The notes under the pieces: model-generated
Seen by the model: only the letters and a program-made list of their open reading frames with translations
The model's database searches: none
Told to the model about the DNA's origin: nothing
Position numbers and translations under genes: made by a program
Source of the DNA: Lama guanicoe
Taxonomy: Eukaryota
NCBI GenBank assembly: GCA_013239625.1
Contig: MU053911.1
Span: 362,132-426,131, forward strand
Length of the DNA stretch: 64,000 nucleotides
Reading direction: 5' to 3'
Shown: positions 39,401 through 51,467 of the stretch, piece by piece
How the letters are laid out: the number at the start of each line of letters is the position of its first letter
Numbering within the stretch: the first letter of the stretch is position 1

Positions 39401-41662
39401 TTCTTCAACCTACACACACACCACACTCCTTTCTGCCCAGGACACCAGGCGGCTTGTCAAGGTCAGCACTGTATTTCCACCCCACCTGCACTACTCTGAC
39501 TCAACCCACTCCAGGCCTCCACGTCACCCGGAGACTTTCTCTCTTGGCTTTCTTGGTTTTCCTTAGAGATTATTACGTGTTTTCATTTTTGAGCTGCCTT
39601 GACGAGGACACTGCCCCGCCCCATCTGGTGTTTAATAATTCCCTGTAAGTGCACAGTTCCAGGGCCGAGATTCTTGTAGAGTGGAGATGTGCTGCTGCTC
39701 GGGCACGGCTCCAACTGGCCAGCAGAGGCACCTGTGCAAGGTCCTCGGCTCCCATCCGTCTTCAACCGTCTTTTCCTCCTCACGAGCATTGCTCCTTCCT
39801 CTCCTCTAAACATATGCGTCAGGTGTTACAGTTAGTAGCCTTTTAAGCAGAACTTTGATCCTGATGCTTGGAAACATTTATGCTAACAAGCTTGGGAGCT
39901 GCCACTAGCAACTGTGTAGATTATGAAGTAGGTGTGCGATGTGCTAGAGTAATACCTAGGACAGGTCATCGCCCTCACTTTCCCCGGGGGCTAATAGCAA
40001 AACCAAGGCCAGTTACCCAGAGGCAAATACGCATTATATTTCCTGCTGAGCTGTTTCACATACCTGAACTAGAAAATAAAATTGAAAAAAGAAGTAAGAC
40101 TTTTATCAAATATAAATGTCTTAAAGGGCCAAATTTCTCTATTCTAAAACATCAAACTATTAGAAAATGTGAAAAACGATTTCACCAAATTTATTGATTA
40201 AATGACTATGATTCACCAATATCAGAGATCCAACACTTACTTTAGTAGTAGAGAAACTGAGAATTCCAGATTGATCTTCCTTGAGCTATGAATTGTTAAA
40301 AGATATTTTTTCCCTAAAATATAAAAATGAGAAATCTGGTTGAAAAGAAACTAAATAACTACACATGTCTATAATGATGGAAAGAAATATTAATACTGTT
40401 TTTTTAGAATATGACTTGATTTATAATAACAAGTATGTTTCAGCACAGCAGTCTAATAGATGATACAGAAATAAATATGAGCATTTTTCCCCCAATTAGC
40501 CTCCTCGCATCTCTTCTCACGACTCACTCAAAGGAGTTTTGTAGAGCGGACAGGTCTCTTCTTTGGCATGTGGGAATTTATTTTATGTATTAGGGATTAA
40601 GAAAAAATTCTTTGGATGGACTCCACTGTTATATTTTGAAAAAAGATATTAAAAATAAAAAGATAATAAAACATTGACTTCCTTTTCAGGTCTATGGAAA
40701 AAGTAACTGTGCAAAGTGTGAGGTTCGCACGGCAGGAAGAGGGGCTGCTATATACAATGAGAATGGCTGGCAGATCTAACTTTCCTATTTTATGTCCCAT
40801 CCAAGAAGTAGACATTGTTTTAGAAGTGGTGCTGACAGAGGGGAAGGAAACCTCAGCTCAGTTTTTATGTTTCAGTTTTAATCATAAGTGAGATGGAGAG
40901 AGAGAAGGAAGAACCAGCGGAGCCCAGCTCTGTGAGAGCTGAAATGCAGTGGCTTCCTTCTTGGTCTGCTTGTCTGTGAGGTTCCCTAGACGCTTTTCGT
41001 TCCAGAAGCAGTGACGTGCAAATCCCTCCTTTCTACTTAGTCCCCTCCAACGCCTGAAGCAACACAACCAAAGCTGTGCGAACCCACCCTCGTTACCACT
41101 TGTTGGCATATAAGGGCACAAGAAGAGAAAACCTTAGGAAGCTGAAGAGGCCATGGTAAAATCTGTGACTCTGAAGAAACAAAAGGCCTCAGAGGACTCA
41201 CTCCGGGCAAGTGGAAAGTGAGAGAGGGAAGGCATGCCACACTTCCACCCAGACAGAGGATGCAGACTGACGCTCCAGTGGGTTCCGGGAGTGCCGCTGG
41301 CCCATTCACACTGTTTTACATGTATTAGTGGCCTGAACGCAACTCTGAAAAGTTCTAGGTTTTGTGTCTGTATCAGGGACCTTCTGCCTGAAAACGAAGG
41401 ATGCTATACAGGGATTAACTTCACTTTCCATAAATGTAGTGGAACTCAAACATTCAAATGTGTATTTTTCTCTTTAAATGAATCATATAGAGAGGTTTTG
41501 CAGTTATAGTAATATTACTAGTACTTGAAATGTTTCCAGAAATTCTTTTTCCAACGTTCCTCGGGGAATATACTCACTTAGAAGTTTCTCATTCTTTAGG
41601 GAATAATTTTATTTTTAAAAGAGCCAAATCTAAATTTTAAGTAGCATTTATAAATTAAAAAA

Positions 41663-42139
41663 TTTTTTTAATTTATAGTTGACCCACAATGCTGTGCTAG
41701 TTTTCAGGTGCACAGAAGTGATTCAGCCACACACACACACACGTATATATGTGTATAAATACACATATATACGCTCGTTCAGATTCCCCTCCATCACAGG
41801 TCTCCTCAAGACACTGAGCACAGTTCCCTGCTACACAGCAGGGCCCCGCAGTCCATCCATTCCATACACGGCCACGTGTATACGCCAAGCCCAAACTCCC
41901 AATCCATCCCTCCCCGCCTTTCCCACCGGCAACCATAGTCTGTTTTATGTCTGTGAGTCTATTTCTAGTTTGTAAATGAGTTCATTTGTGTCATTTTTTC
42001 GAGATTCCACATCCACGCGATGCCACACGATCTCTCTCTTCCGTCTGACCCATCCCACCCAGTGCAACAATCTCCAGGTCCACCCATGTCACTATAAGTG
42101 GCATCACCCCATTCTCTTCCTTGGCTGAGCAACATCCAT
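41663..42139 (-). mobile_element. L1 3' fragment, heavily T>C substituted on the + strand
   Basis: Collinear with 37245-37620 and 7090-7580 (tatagttgacccacaatg...tatgtctgtgagtctatttc...ggctgagc). Confidence 0.88.
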
Positions 42140-44344
42140 GGCTTTGGACCACATGCACTAGTTTGCCCTCTTGGGAGGCTACTCAGGTGACAAAACAGGG
42201 GAGCCAGAGAGGAGGGTTCTGTCATCTTTTAACTGAGGGACATCCCGGTTAATCATGTAAATCGTGAATTCATATAAATCATGTGATCATAAATTTTCTT
42301 ATTACTTTACCTTTACTTATTACTTTATCTAGAATTATAAGAATATTTCTTGGGAGTGTCCAACTTTAGAGTTAGCATCTTAAAGAAGACATTCAATAAT
42401 ATGAGAAATGCAGCGACAAAAGAGGAGACTGTAAATGCTGTCTCGACTCTTACCTTCTCCCTGTCGGGTATCATAGGGCGTCTCCTCCAACTTATCCTTC
42501 GGGTAACCTCTGATTATAATTTTACGTTGAAGTTTTGAGTGCCTTTCCACAAAATTTGGAATTTAATGTAAAATGTCATTTGCTTTTTTCTTAAATAGAT
42601 TTTCAAAATTCTGCAGTGGCGCACAACTTCACCACCAAAGAAATAATCTTGTGACTGCTGCACCATGAAATGGCAATTGTACAGTTGGAACCACCCCCTT
42701 CAGAGGGAAGAAAAGCTTATGTCAAATTCCCTTAACTACAGATCCTTCAGGCAAAATGCATCTTTCTTTTGGCACTGTCAAGAACTTGAATAAATCAGAG
42801 ATAAGTGGGTTAAAATGTCAGTACCCTTTGGGACTGAGAGAAACCTACTACTTTCCCACAATTCAGTAAAATATTAACCATAGTACTTCCAGTTCTTCGT
42901 GTATTAATGTGGGGAAGGAAATAATACCTTCACAGCCGCTGGAAGAGGTTGTCAAATTTCCAAAAGCCCAGAACAACTGCCGTAAGAGATTAAGCTGGCG
43001 ATGCGAACGATCTTGCTAAAAGGTTTTAAGTCTCTGCTTATTTATAGAAGCAATCCTTTCCCATCTGTTTCATTAATCACTGTTTCTAAAATACCAACCG
43101 TTTGTATGGCAATTTCGATTACTCCTGCTTTGAAAATCGTGTGCTATTTTAGATCACTAAAATGTGATTTGGTGAATTTCGCTAGAAAATCATTTCCTAA
43201 GATTTGTAAGTAAATCTGTTAAAACTGGGAAATTTGCTAAACCCAGTAAGACAGCCCAGGGCTAGAGACACTTGCCAGGTCATTGATCACCAGTGACAGC
43301 AAACAGTGACCTCACACCAACAGAATGTAAACCCTCGAGCTCATTGATAGCAGCCCTGACTTGGGGTTAGCATTCATGCGCTCTCTCTGTAAACTGTTTG
43401 ACTTAGATGAGGGATGGTGGTTAAGGTGACAGAGCAGCAGAGCTCTGATGAAAGTGTGGTTGGCTTCAGGTTGTTCCAAGTCTGGCTCTCATCGAAGGGC
43501 AGTGTAAGCGTCTTGACACACTTGAAGAGAAAGGTTGTTGGAATGGACTTGTCTTTCCTATTTTAGGAAGGAAAATTCATTTACCGATGCATTTTTTTCT
43601 CCTGAGTCATTTAGGGAAAATCTTTCTTAGCTTCCAATTTTGCTTTTCTTTTAAATAAATGTGACAAAGATTTATATTTTAACTACCTACAGTTTCCTTT
43701 ACTATTATATAATCTGACTAATAAATGTTTTTAAGTGTGAGTTTCACTACTATTCATGCAAAAAGCCTCAGGAAGATGAGTTTCTTCAAATGCTTTTACT
43801 TGTAAACTTTTTTTTTGGGGGGGGATACAGCATGGGTATTTCCAAGTTGATGAGTCCTCCAAAACTTTCCAAGTAAGTTGCCATTTCAAAAGAAAACATT
43901 TTATTCTTTTGAGCCTCTTTTATTTATTTATTTTTAATTCTTCTAACAACATGTGAGCTCTTGCGCCTCGTTACACGATATGTTATAATAAAGATGGGAA
44001 AATAAGACAAAGTTCATAAAAACACTAAAGGAGTAAAAATGATTTCATATATCTTCATGAAATTGTATCTATCGTTTGTTGAGCAACTGGTAATAATGTA
44101 GAATACTTCTCACTGTTAAAACATAAATAGCATGTTTGCAGGTCTGCATGTCATAGGTTCAAGCTATGGAGTCTGTGCTAGGCTGTCTGCGTCCTTATAG
44201 ATGAGGGAGCAGAGGCCAAGAGATCAGCGTCTGGAAGGCACAAGCACAGGAAGCGGGGTGCTCATCCAGACAGAGGCCACGGGAACGTCCGAGAGGAGCA
44301 AGTGAACGCTTACATCTGAGGTGATGCGGACGTTATAAAAGCGA

Positions 44345-44542
44345 GTAGTATAGCAAATAGATAAACAACAAGCTCCTACTGTACAGCACAGGGAACTCTA
44401 TTCAATATCTTGCAGTCACCTGGAATGGGAAAGAATATGAAAACGAACATATGTAGGTATATGTATGACCGAACTATTGTGCTGCACACCAGAAATTGAC
44501 ACAACATTGTAAACTGACTAGACTTCAATTAAAAAAATAAAA
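44345..44542 (+). mobile_element. L1 3' UTR fragment
   Basis: gataaacaacaag...agcacagggaactctattcaatatcttg...gacttcaattaaaaaaa. Confidence 0.9.
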
Positions 44543-45199
44543 TGACTGTCAACGGAGTTGATGCAGGCAGTGAGATGTGGACGATGCACCAAAGATGGAT
44601 GTGCCACAAGATGAGAAGGGGGAGAACAGGAGGCGTCACACTCCGTCTTTGCAGATGCAGACCTTGTGGAGGCTAACGTGTTCTTGGAAGAATTGAGCAC
44701 TATCTCTGAAGGTCCTGGAGTGCCTCTTAGCCAGGAACACACCAGCCTGTGTGAAACAGCAGCTTCTCACAGATGCTTCCCTGCAGGAACACCATGTAAC
44801 GTGGTGCCAGGTGTGCCTGATGGACGAGCGCCTGGAGCAGGAGGCAGGCCAGGGCCTGGCTGCTCCTGCTCTGCTGACTGAGCTCTGTCCACTGCTCCGT
44901 GCCAAATCAGCCCCAGGAAGAACACTGTCTACAACTTTTTGCCAAAAGGGGGAACTTTTAAAAATTTCACAAAGGCCTAGCAGTAGTCACGAATCTGAAT
45001 TGGAGACACAGGTGATGAGACAGATAGATACGTATGGACATAGACACACTTATACACAGAAATACACAAACATACTTGTACATAATGGTTGCACATTATT
45101 ATTATGCATATAATCACTTTTGCCAAACTAACCGCCCCCCTTCCACCATAATTTGTTTTACAAGAACAGAAATTTTATTTTCTTCTCTTCTGGGTCACC

Positions 45200-45295
45200 C
45201 AACTCCTGGAAGAGTGCCAAACACACAGTGGGCACACACACACAAAATAAGAAATACATCTGTTGAACAAGTTAATGGATAAGTCGATAAATGAG
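45200..45295 (+). mobile_element. L2 3' end remnant
   Basis: agtgccaaacacacagtgggcac...aaatacatctgttgaacaagttaatggata. Confidence 0.55.
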
Positions 45296-48018
45296 TCAGT
45301 TTATGTGTATATGGGAGATAATGCCATAAATGGGTCTGAGCATAGAAGTCCAAACATTATTTAATATGTCCTGATACTGTTGTAAGATTTAAAATAAAAT
45401 TAAAGACACAAGACATAAAGGTTCAAGTTAGATACTGAGTCAATTTAGAAAGAGTACCAAGTTAGATATTTATTGAATATTGAATATGGAAAAAGATAGG
45501 CAAAAGCCAATATATATATGGCTTTTGTAAACTGCAAATACTCATTCAAAGCAATTGCTTAAAAAATGTCCAAATAAGGCATATAATAAAATCGTGGGTT
45601 TGGCTTAAACACATTTAACTAATCAACTCTGAAAGAAATGGATGTCTTTCTCACAGAGTTTTAATAAAGAGAGTTCATTCCTTTGTCTCAAAAGTTTGTG
45701 ATCTGCAGTGAAGCAAATGACTAACTAATTTTCTTGAAAATCCAGGAGAGCTTCAGTCATGTGATCAACTTAAAGAGTGATATTATTGTTAGCTGAACCA
45801 AAACCCAAAGAGCTCAAGTGATTTGGCAGATTGACCCGGGAGCGGAAGTAGACTACACTTGAAGTAGAATTTCTCTCTGTCCACTGAGTCCACTGATTTT
45901 TGAGCACAACACAGTGTCTTCTCTTTGGCGGAACAATTCTACCACTCACTGTTTGTACAGAATGTTTGACAGCACCTCTAGAAGCTCAGCCACATCCTTC
46001 ATGGGGTCCCTCCTTTCTGTGTCATCTCTGGAAGTAAACAAACATGCTCTGCACCCATGGGAGACCCCCACCCCCAGCCACTCTCCTCACCTCCTCGGTT
46101 TACCATCCTGGAGCTAACAGTCAAGAAAGTGCCAAGGAAAGCTTGTTTATCCTCTCTATGTTTATATCTTGGCTTTTAGCATTCAAGATCAAGAAATCTA
46201 AATTGAATCTTTATTGCCTGCTGTACTTTGTGCTCTGTCATGGAAACTACTGTTCTTGTATGGGTCAATGCAGACGCTCAGAGTCAGTGGTCCCTAGTAA
46301 TGGTGTTTCAAGCTGAAACAGAGCAATATATGTATCTGGCTGGGACTGTCAAGAGCTGTCTGACCTTCTCTCACCAATGAGACATACGTGCGTGCACGCA
46401 CACACACAGACAGAGCGCTGAGCACTCAGCAAGCATTTGGTGGAACGGAGGGTTAAATTAACCCTCATTAGGCTTTATAATACAAAAGCATGGTTGGCCG
46501 CAGTCCTCTTCCTAATCTGGTTTTAATTCCTCAGAAATCACATGCTGGCCAACCGTTAGGGCCCTCCGTCACGTAGCAGGAAGAAGGGCTTTTTGGAGCC
46601 ATAATTGCAAAGCCGCTTGTACCTCACGCGCAGCCCTGCGCTATGACTAGCTCTCAAAGGTGCCGAGGCTGAGGCAGCCCCTAAGTTAGCTCCATGTGTG
46701 ACTGTGTTTGCCGCAGCATTACCTGCAGCCGCTGAGGGTGGCCAAGTTTATCACTTTGTTAGCTTCCAAGTTAACCCTCATTATTTCATGTTGTGTTCAG
46801 TGCAAGTACGCCCCCAGGATGCGTCCAGTTTGCTAATGGCCAGTCCCATTACGCAAGCAGTGCTCTCACCGCTGAGGTGGACGTGCCCAGCGCTCATGCT
46901 TTGGTTTCAGAGGAAGGGTGGCTGCCTCACTCAGCTGAGCAGTGTGCTTCCACAACAGGAGGGGAACAGCAGAGGCGCGCTGGGCACAGCTGCTGAGGCT
47001 TCCAGCTTTGCCGCGTCCCACTGCAGCGCGCTGACTCTCACGGCCGCAGCCACTTAACCGCTGCCTACTGCGTGCCAGTCAGACCCCAGGCCAACCCGCT
47101 TCCAAAATCGTGGCCCTCAGCAGGAAGAACACGAGATGTCCTAGATGAATTAGGCTAGCAATGTAACTTCTTTTTTGCTGACTTTTCACCTACTCTTGCC
47201 AAAAGCTTTCAAATACTGTCTTCATTGTTCTAGGTTGGCTCTCGAACCATAAACTGGGTCCTTTTAAGAGAAATATTTTCCTCATCTTCAGCACTTGGTG
47301 TTGGTGTTGGCAGGATGGTTCCCAAGCACAGTGCCTCTCTTATTCTGTTCAACTTTTGTTGTTGTTGCTTGTTCTTGGAGAAATAAACATATGTTGATTT
47401 GACCCAGTCCATGCTATTAGAACAAAGAAATTCTCTTAATTCGATGAGCAAATTTGCAAATAAGATTAAGTGCATCCCACAGTTTGGCATGTAAAACTCT
47501 TTTATTTTTGTTCTTAGGAACAATTTTTCTCTGCAACCCCATTTTCCTGCATGTAGTGAGGGAGGCAGATTCCTCGCCCCCCGCCTCCATACCCATCACC
47601 CAGGAAGGCCCGTGGAGGCTGACAGGGTGTGGTGCTGGATCTCTTTACTTGCTGAGAGGTGAGCCCAGGGGGCCTGAGCGCAGATACTGCCCAGCAGGAG
47701 GAATCAGGCTCAGTGGCCAGTGAGTCAACCTCTGGTTTACCAATATTCCTTTCACTTCCACCAACTGTGCTGGAGTGGACTCAGTGCGAATGTCCCTTCT
47801 TTGTTTATCTCAGACTTCCTGGCCTCAGGCAACGGGATGCAGCCGTTCTCACACGGCTGGCGGTGCGGGCCAGTGGGGACCAGCATCCACAATCACTGCA
47901 GAGTGGTGAGCTGAGCTCCAGGACTGAAGCTGACATCTCTCGAGTTGAATTTCCAGTTACCAGGGCCCTGTCCTAGAGGGCTGAGTCTGTATATATGCAG
48001 GAGAGATGGAAGGGAAAG

Positions 48019-48150
48019 GGCACTGCATTGAGAGGCAGAAAATCTGGTTCTGCTACTCTCCAAAGGATGACCTTTATCCAGTCAACTTAATCCTTCTAGA
48101 CCTCAGTTTTCCTATCTGTCAAATGAAGGAACTGGATTGAATCCCTTCCT
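48019..48150 (+). mobile_element. MIR SINE remnant
   Basis: cagtcaacttaatccttctagacctcagttttcctatctgtcaaatgaagg is the MIR core. Confidence 0.75.
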
Positions 48151-48161
48151 TAGACGAGATG

Positions 48162-48212
<51 letters not shown>

Positions 48213-48226
48213 GAGAGAGAGAGAGA
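48162..48226. repeat. Compound microsatellite (GATA)12-GAT-(GA)7
   Basis: Read directly from the sequence. Confidence 0.97.
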
Positions 48227-48239
48227 TGGTAAATAACAA

Positions 48240-48800
48240 GCCACATGGCACTATACAGTGGTGAACAAAATAGAAATGGACTCGTTTTCAGAGGATCTCA
48301 AGTCTAAACAAACTAACAAATACATGCGTGATTAGAGCTGCCATGTTACCTTCTGGGGCTCTGAGAGAGGATGACAGAGTAGGAGGAAAGCTCTCTTTAA
48401 GGAGGTAGGGGTTAATCAGAAATGTGAAGAGGACAAAAGTTAGGCACAAAAGTGTGAAAGGTGGAGGGTGGGGACAGAGGAGCGCATATATTGGTGAGTT
48501 TGAGGAACCAAAAGAGACCCCCGTGTTCAGAGAGCAGAAAGCGAGTGAAGAGAGTAAAGCAAAACAAAACAAAACTTGCCAGCAGCAAGGGAGCAAGGAT
48601 GAAGTCCTGCAAAGCTTATGAGGAGCCAAGTTAGAAGGTTCGAAAAGTAAACGTGGCGCAGTGTGATGGGAGAGTCTGAAGCAGGGAAGTGTAATGATCC
48701 AAGTACCTTTTTAAACAGAAAGTCAGAGGAGGGGCTGGGAGGAGCACGCCATTAGCAGTCAGAGGGGAGGAAGAGGAACAAGGTGACCGGTGGAGCGGTG
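48240..48800 (-). mobile_element. LINE-2 remnant
   Basis: atacagtggtgaacaaaataga...gaagcagggaagtgtaatgatcc are L2a-like motifs. Confidence 0.6.
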
Positions 48801-49262
48801 AGTCAGTGCAAACACTTAGCCAGAAGAAGGAAGAAAACCTACGGAGAGACAGACGAGTCAGAGGGAAGCCCTGGGAACTGGAGACGGATGGTCACTCTTT
48901 CAATAGTGAGGGTAAAGGGGAGCCGTGAAATTCCAATGAAGCAAAGCCCCTGAAGAAAATGGTAATTAGAATTAGAGCCACATACGTCTAGCCAGCTTCC
49001 CCTGGGCGACGTGGGCACCTCATATATCGTGAAGGGAAGAATCGACAACTTGAATAAAAAGATTACGTTGAGTCGCCGACTGGAAAGCTTCTGGTGATAC
49101 TGCAGACCTGCTCTTCTCACACTGGTTGATTCTTAACCAATTTTAATAAATCCAGGGGTTGCACCGCTCTCTGCCATCCACCCTATCCCTACCCTTAGCA
49201 AATTGCCACAGATTTTTTTTTTGAAATAAAAAATTTTTTCAGATTCTTCTCCATTGTACTTT

Positions 49263-49390
49263 ATTAGGAAAAATAATTTCTTGTGATGAGAATTCTTAGG
49301 ATTTACTGTCTTAACTTTCGTATATAACATACAGCAGTGTTAACTGTATTAACCATGTTGTACATGACATCCCTAGTACTCATTTATTTG
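49263..49390 (-). mobile_element. L1MA9-like 3' terminus
   Basis: gtgatgagaattcttaggatttact...accatgttgtacatgacatccctagtactcatttat. Confidence 0.75.
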
Positions 49391-49429
49391 ATCAAAAATG
49401 TTTTTAAAATCCCTCTCCTGCCATGTGCA

Positions 49430-49560
49430 GAGGTGTCACCTGGAGACCTGAAAATGTAGGCTCTAGGTCCGCATGTCTGAAGCGAACCTGCGATTCTGCA
49501 CATCCAGCAAGCTCCTGAGTGACCACGATGTGGTCCACGGACCACACTCCGGGCAGCAGA
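49430..49560 (-). mobile_element. MER5A-like hAT-Charlie MITE remnant
   Basis: cacctggagacc...caagctcctgagtga...tggtccacggaccacact. Confidence 0.6.
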
Positions 49561-49937
49561 GTTGGGGAGAGTGAGGAGGAGAAAGTTGAAAGGGTGGTTA
49601 AGGTTGAAGAAGAAAGTACCGTCTGTGACGAAGACAGTGACCATGAAGAGGAAGAGCTACAAATGGGATGGAAAATATTCTGGAGGTCAAATTAGCAAGA
49701 TTAGTGATGGATCAGGTCGGGGGAGCAAATTAGGAAAAGGCCCTTATTTCCGGCTTGATCAAGTGATGTGTCTGCTGTTCCTGGAAAAGGCCAGCTCCAG
49801 TGAGGTTCAAAGTGCCGCCGCGCCAGATTCTGGAATTCTGGGCCCCGCCGGGACGCAGGACCTTCTGAGGACTTGGACTTTCAGGGGTAATGCTACCCAG
49901 GCCTGGCACGACGTGCCGGCGCCGTGATGGCCGCACG

Positions 49938-50107
49938 GTTCTGGAGTCAAGCAGATTTGAATGCCGCGCTCGCAGGCCGGAGTCAATAACCCCTCTGAAC
50001 CTCACCTTCCTCTCCTGGGTAACCTGAGTAACGTAGCATCTGCACATAGTGTTGCTGTGAGAACAAAGTGAGAAAATCGAGAAGAGCTCAGCCCGCTGCC
50101 AGCACAT
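49938..50107 (+). mobile_element. MIR SINE (GC-shifted)
   Basis: tctggagtcaagcag...aacccctctgaacctcaccttcctc...tgttgctgtgagaacaaagtgaga. Confidence 0.7.
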
Positions 50108-50217
50108 CCCAGTGCCACCCCCACCACGATTCCCTCGTTGTGTGCTTAGCTCCCTCTGAGAACAAGAACAGTTCAAGTGAAGTACTGTTGTTTGGAAAAA
50201 TGTAAAGCTGAGTCAAA

Positions 50218-50388
50218 ATATTTAAACTTTACATTTTTAATTTAAATGTTTAATTTTAAAATACACTTTTTAAATTTAAAAATTTAATGTTTACTTTTAA
50301 AATTAAAGTTACAATTTTTAATTTAAATCTTTAGTGTTTAATTTTAAAACACAAATAAATGATTGTAAAATATCTTTTTAAAAAGTAA
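50218..50388. repeat. AT-rich low-complexity imperfect tandem repeat
   Basis: Recurrent tttttaatttaaa and tgtttaattttaaaa units. Confidence 0.7.
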
Positions 50389-51467
50389 ATGAGTAGCTGA
50401 TTATCCCAGTTTTCTTTTTTAATCAATTTGTTCTTATGATGTTTCATCTTACAACCAAATTATAGTCTGACAAGCAGTTTTGAGTTGAGGCAAGATTTAT
50501 CAGCCATGCAGCCATGACCATAAATCTGCTGGTGAAGTAACTGAGTGCAAACAATGTGTGTGTCTGCCAGAGAGTTTTTCTAACACATGAAGCATTTTAT
50601 ATTTTTAGAATATTTATTTAACCAAAGGAAACACATGGAAAATGAGAGGAAATGGACATCAATTTGTGTTTTTGCTTACTTCCCCCACAAAACCTTTTGG
50701 ATTACACAGTTTAAAAACAGAATTTAAAAATTTAGGCAGGGAATTCCAGTTAAATATAATAAAAAGTAGCTAGGACCCACCCTATTTTTAGTTGTCAGTG
50801 AAATGCCATAAAATTAACTTCTGATTTATTCCAGACCAAATCTATTTGAATTTTGCTCTTCTGGGTGTCCAAATAGAGGAAAGAAGTTGGAACTCATTGT
50901 TTCATTTTAAGTTTTTAATGAAGGCTGGTTATCAGAGAAATGTGCATTTGAACAAAGATTGCAGCTCATTTGGTTTTGAAGGCCTGGTGTTTCGTGATAG
51001 TAACACATTATATAAAGCTGCCTACGTTCATGGCGTAAGGAAGGCCTGTTACTGAAGCCAGAATGTGGAGGCACATTTACTTTTTTTTAAGGTGGAAAAA
51101 ATGATCTGGTTTTCCTTTCTCACATCTGACTGCTCGGAGGCCCCTCCGAGTGTGCCTGCTCTTACAGCCTTGGAAGGTCTGCAGGGCTGGAGTCAGAAAG
51201 CCGGGCTCCTCCCGTGAGCTGGCCAGCCCGGGCAAGGCACCCAGGCCTGCGAGAGGAGCGTTTGCACGAGGCGGGCCCCAGGGTTCCTCCAGGAGGGACA
51301 GTCTGTGTTCCCGGACTTCTCCCTTTTGGAAAAGCCCCACTCCTCCCAGAGCCGGCCTTATGCATTCTAAACACCTTTAAAAACAGGAGAGTCAAGGAAG
51401 CTTAAATGTATCAGTTTTAGTCCCCTGACGTCTGGTGCTGTGTTGGACAGGAGCGGTGGGAGTGGAC

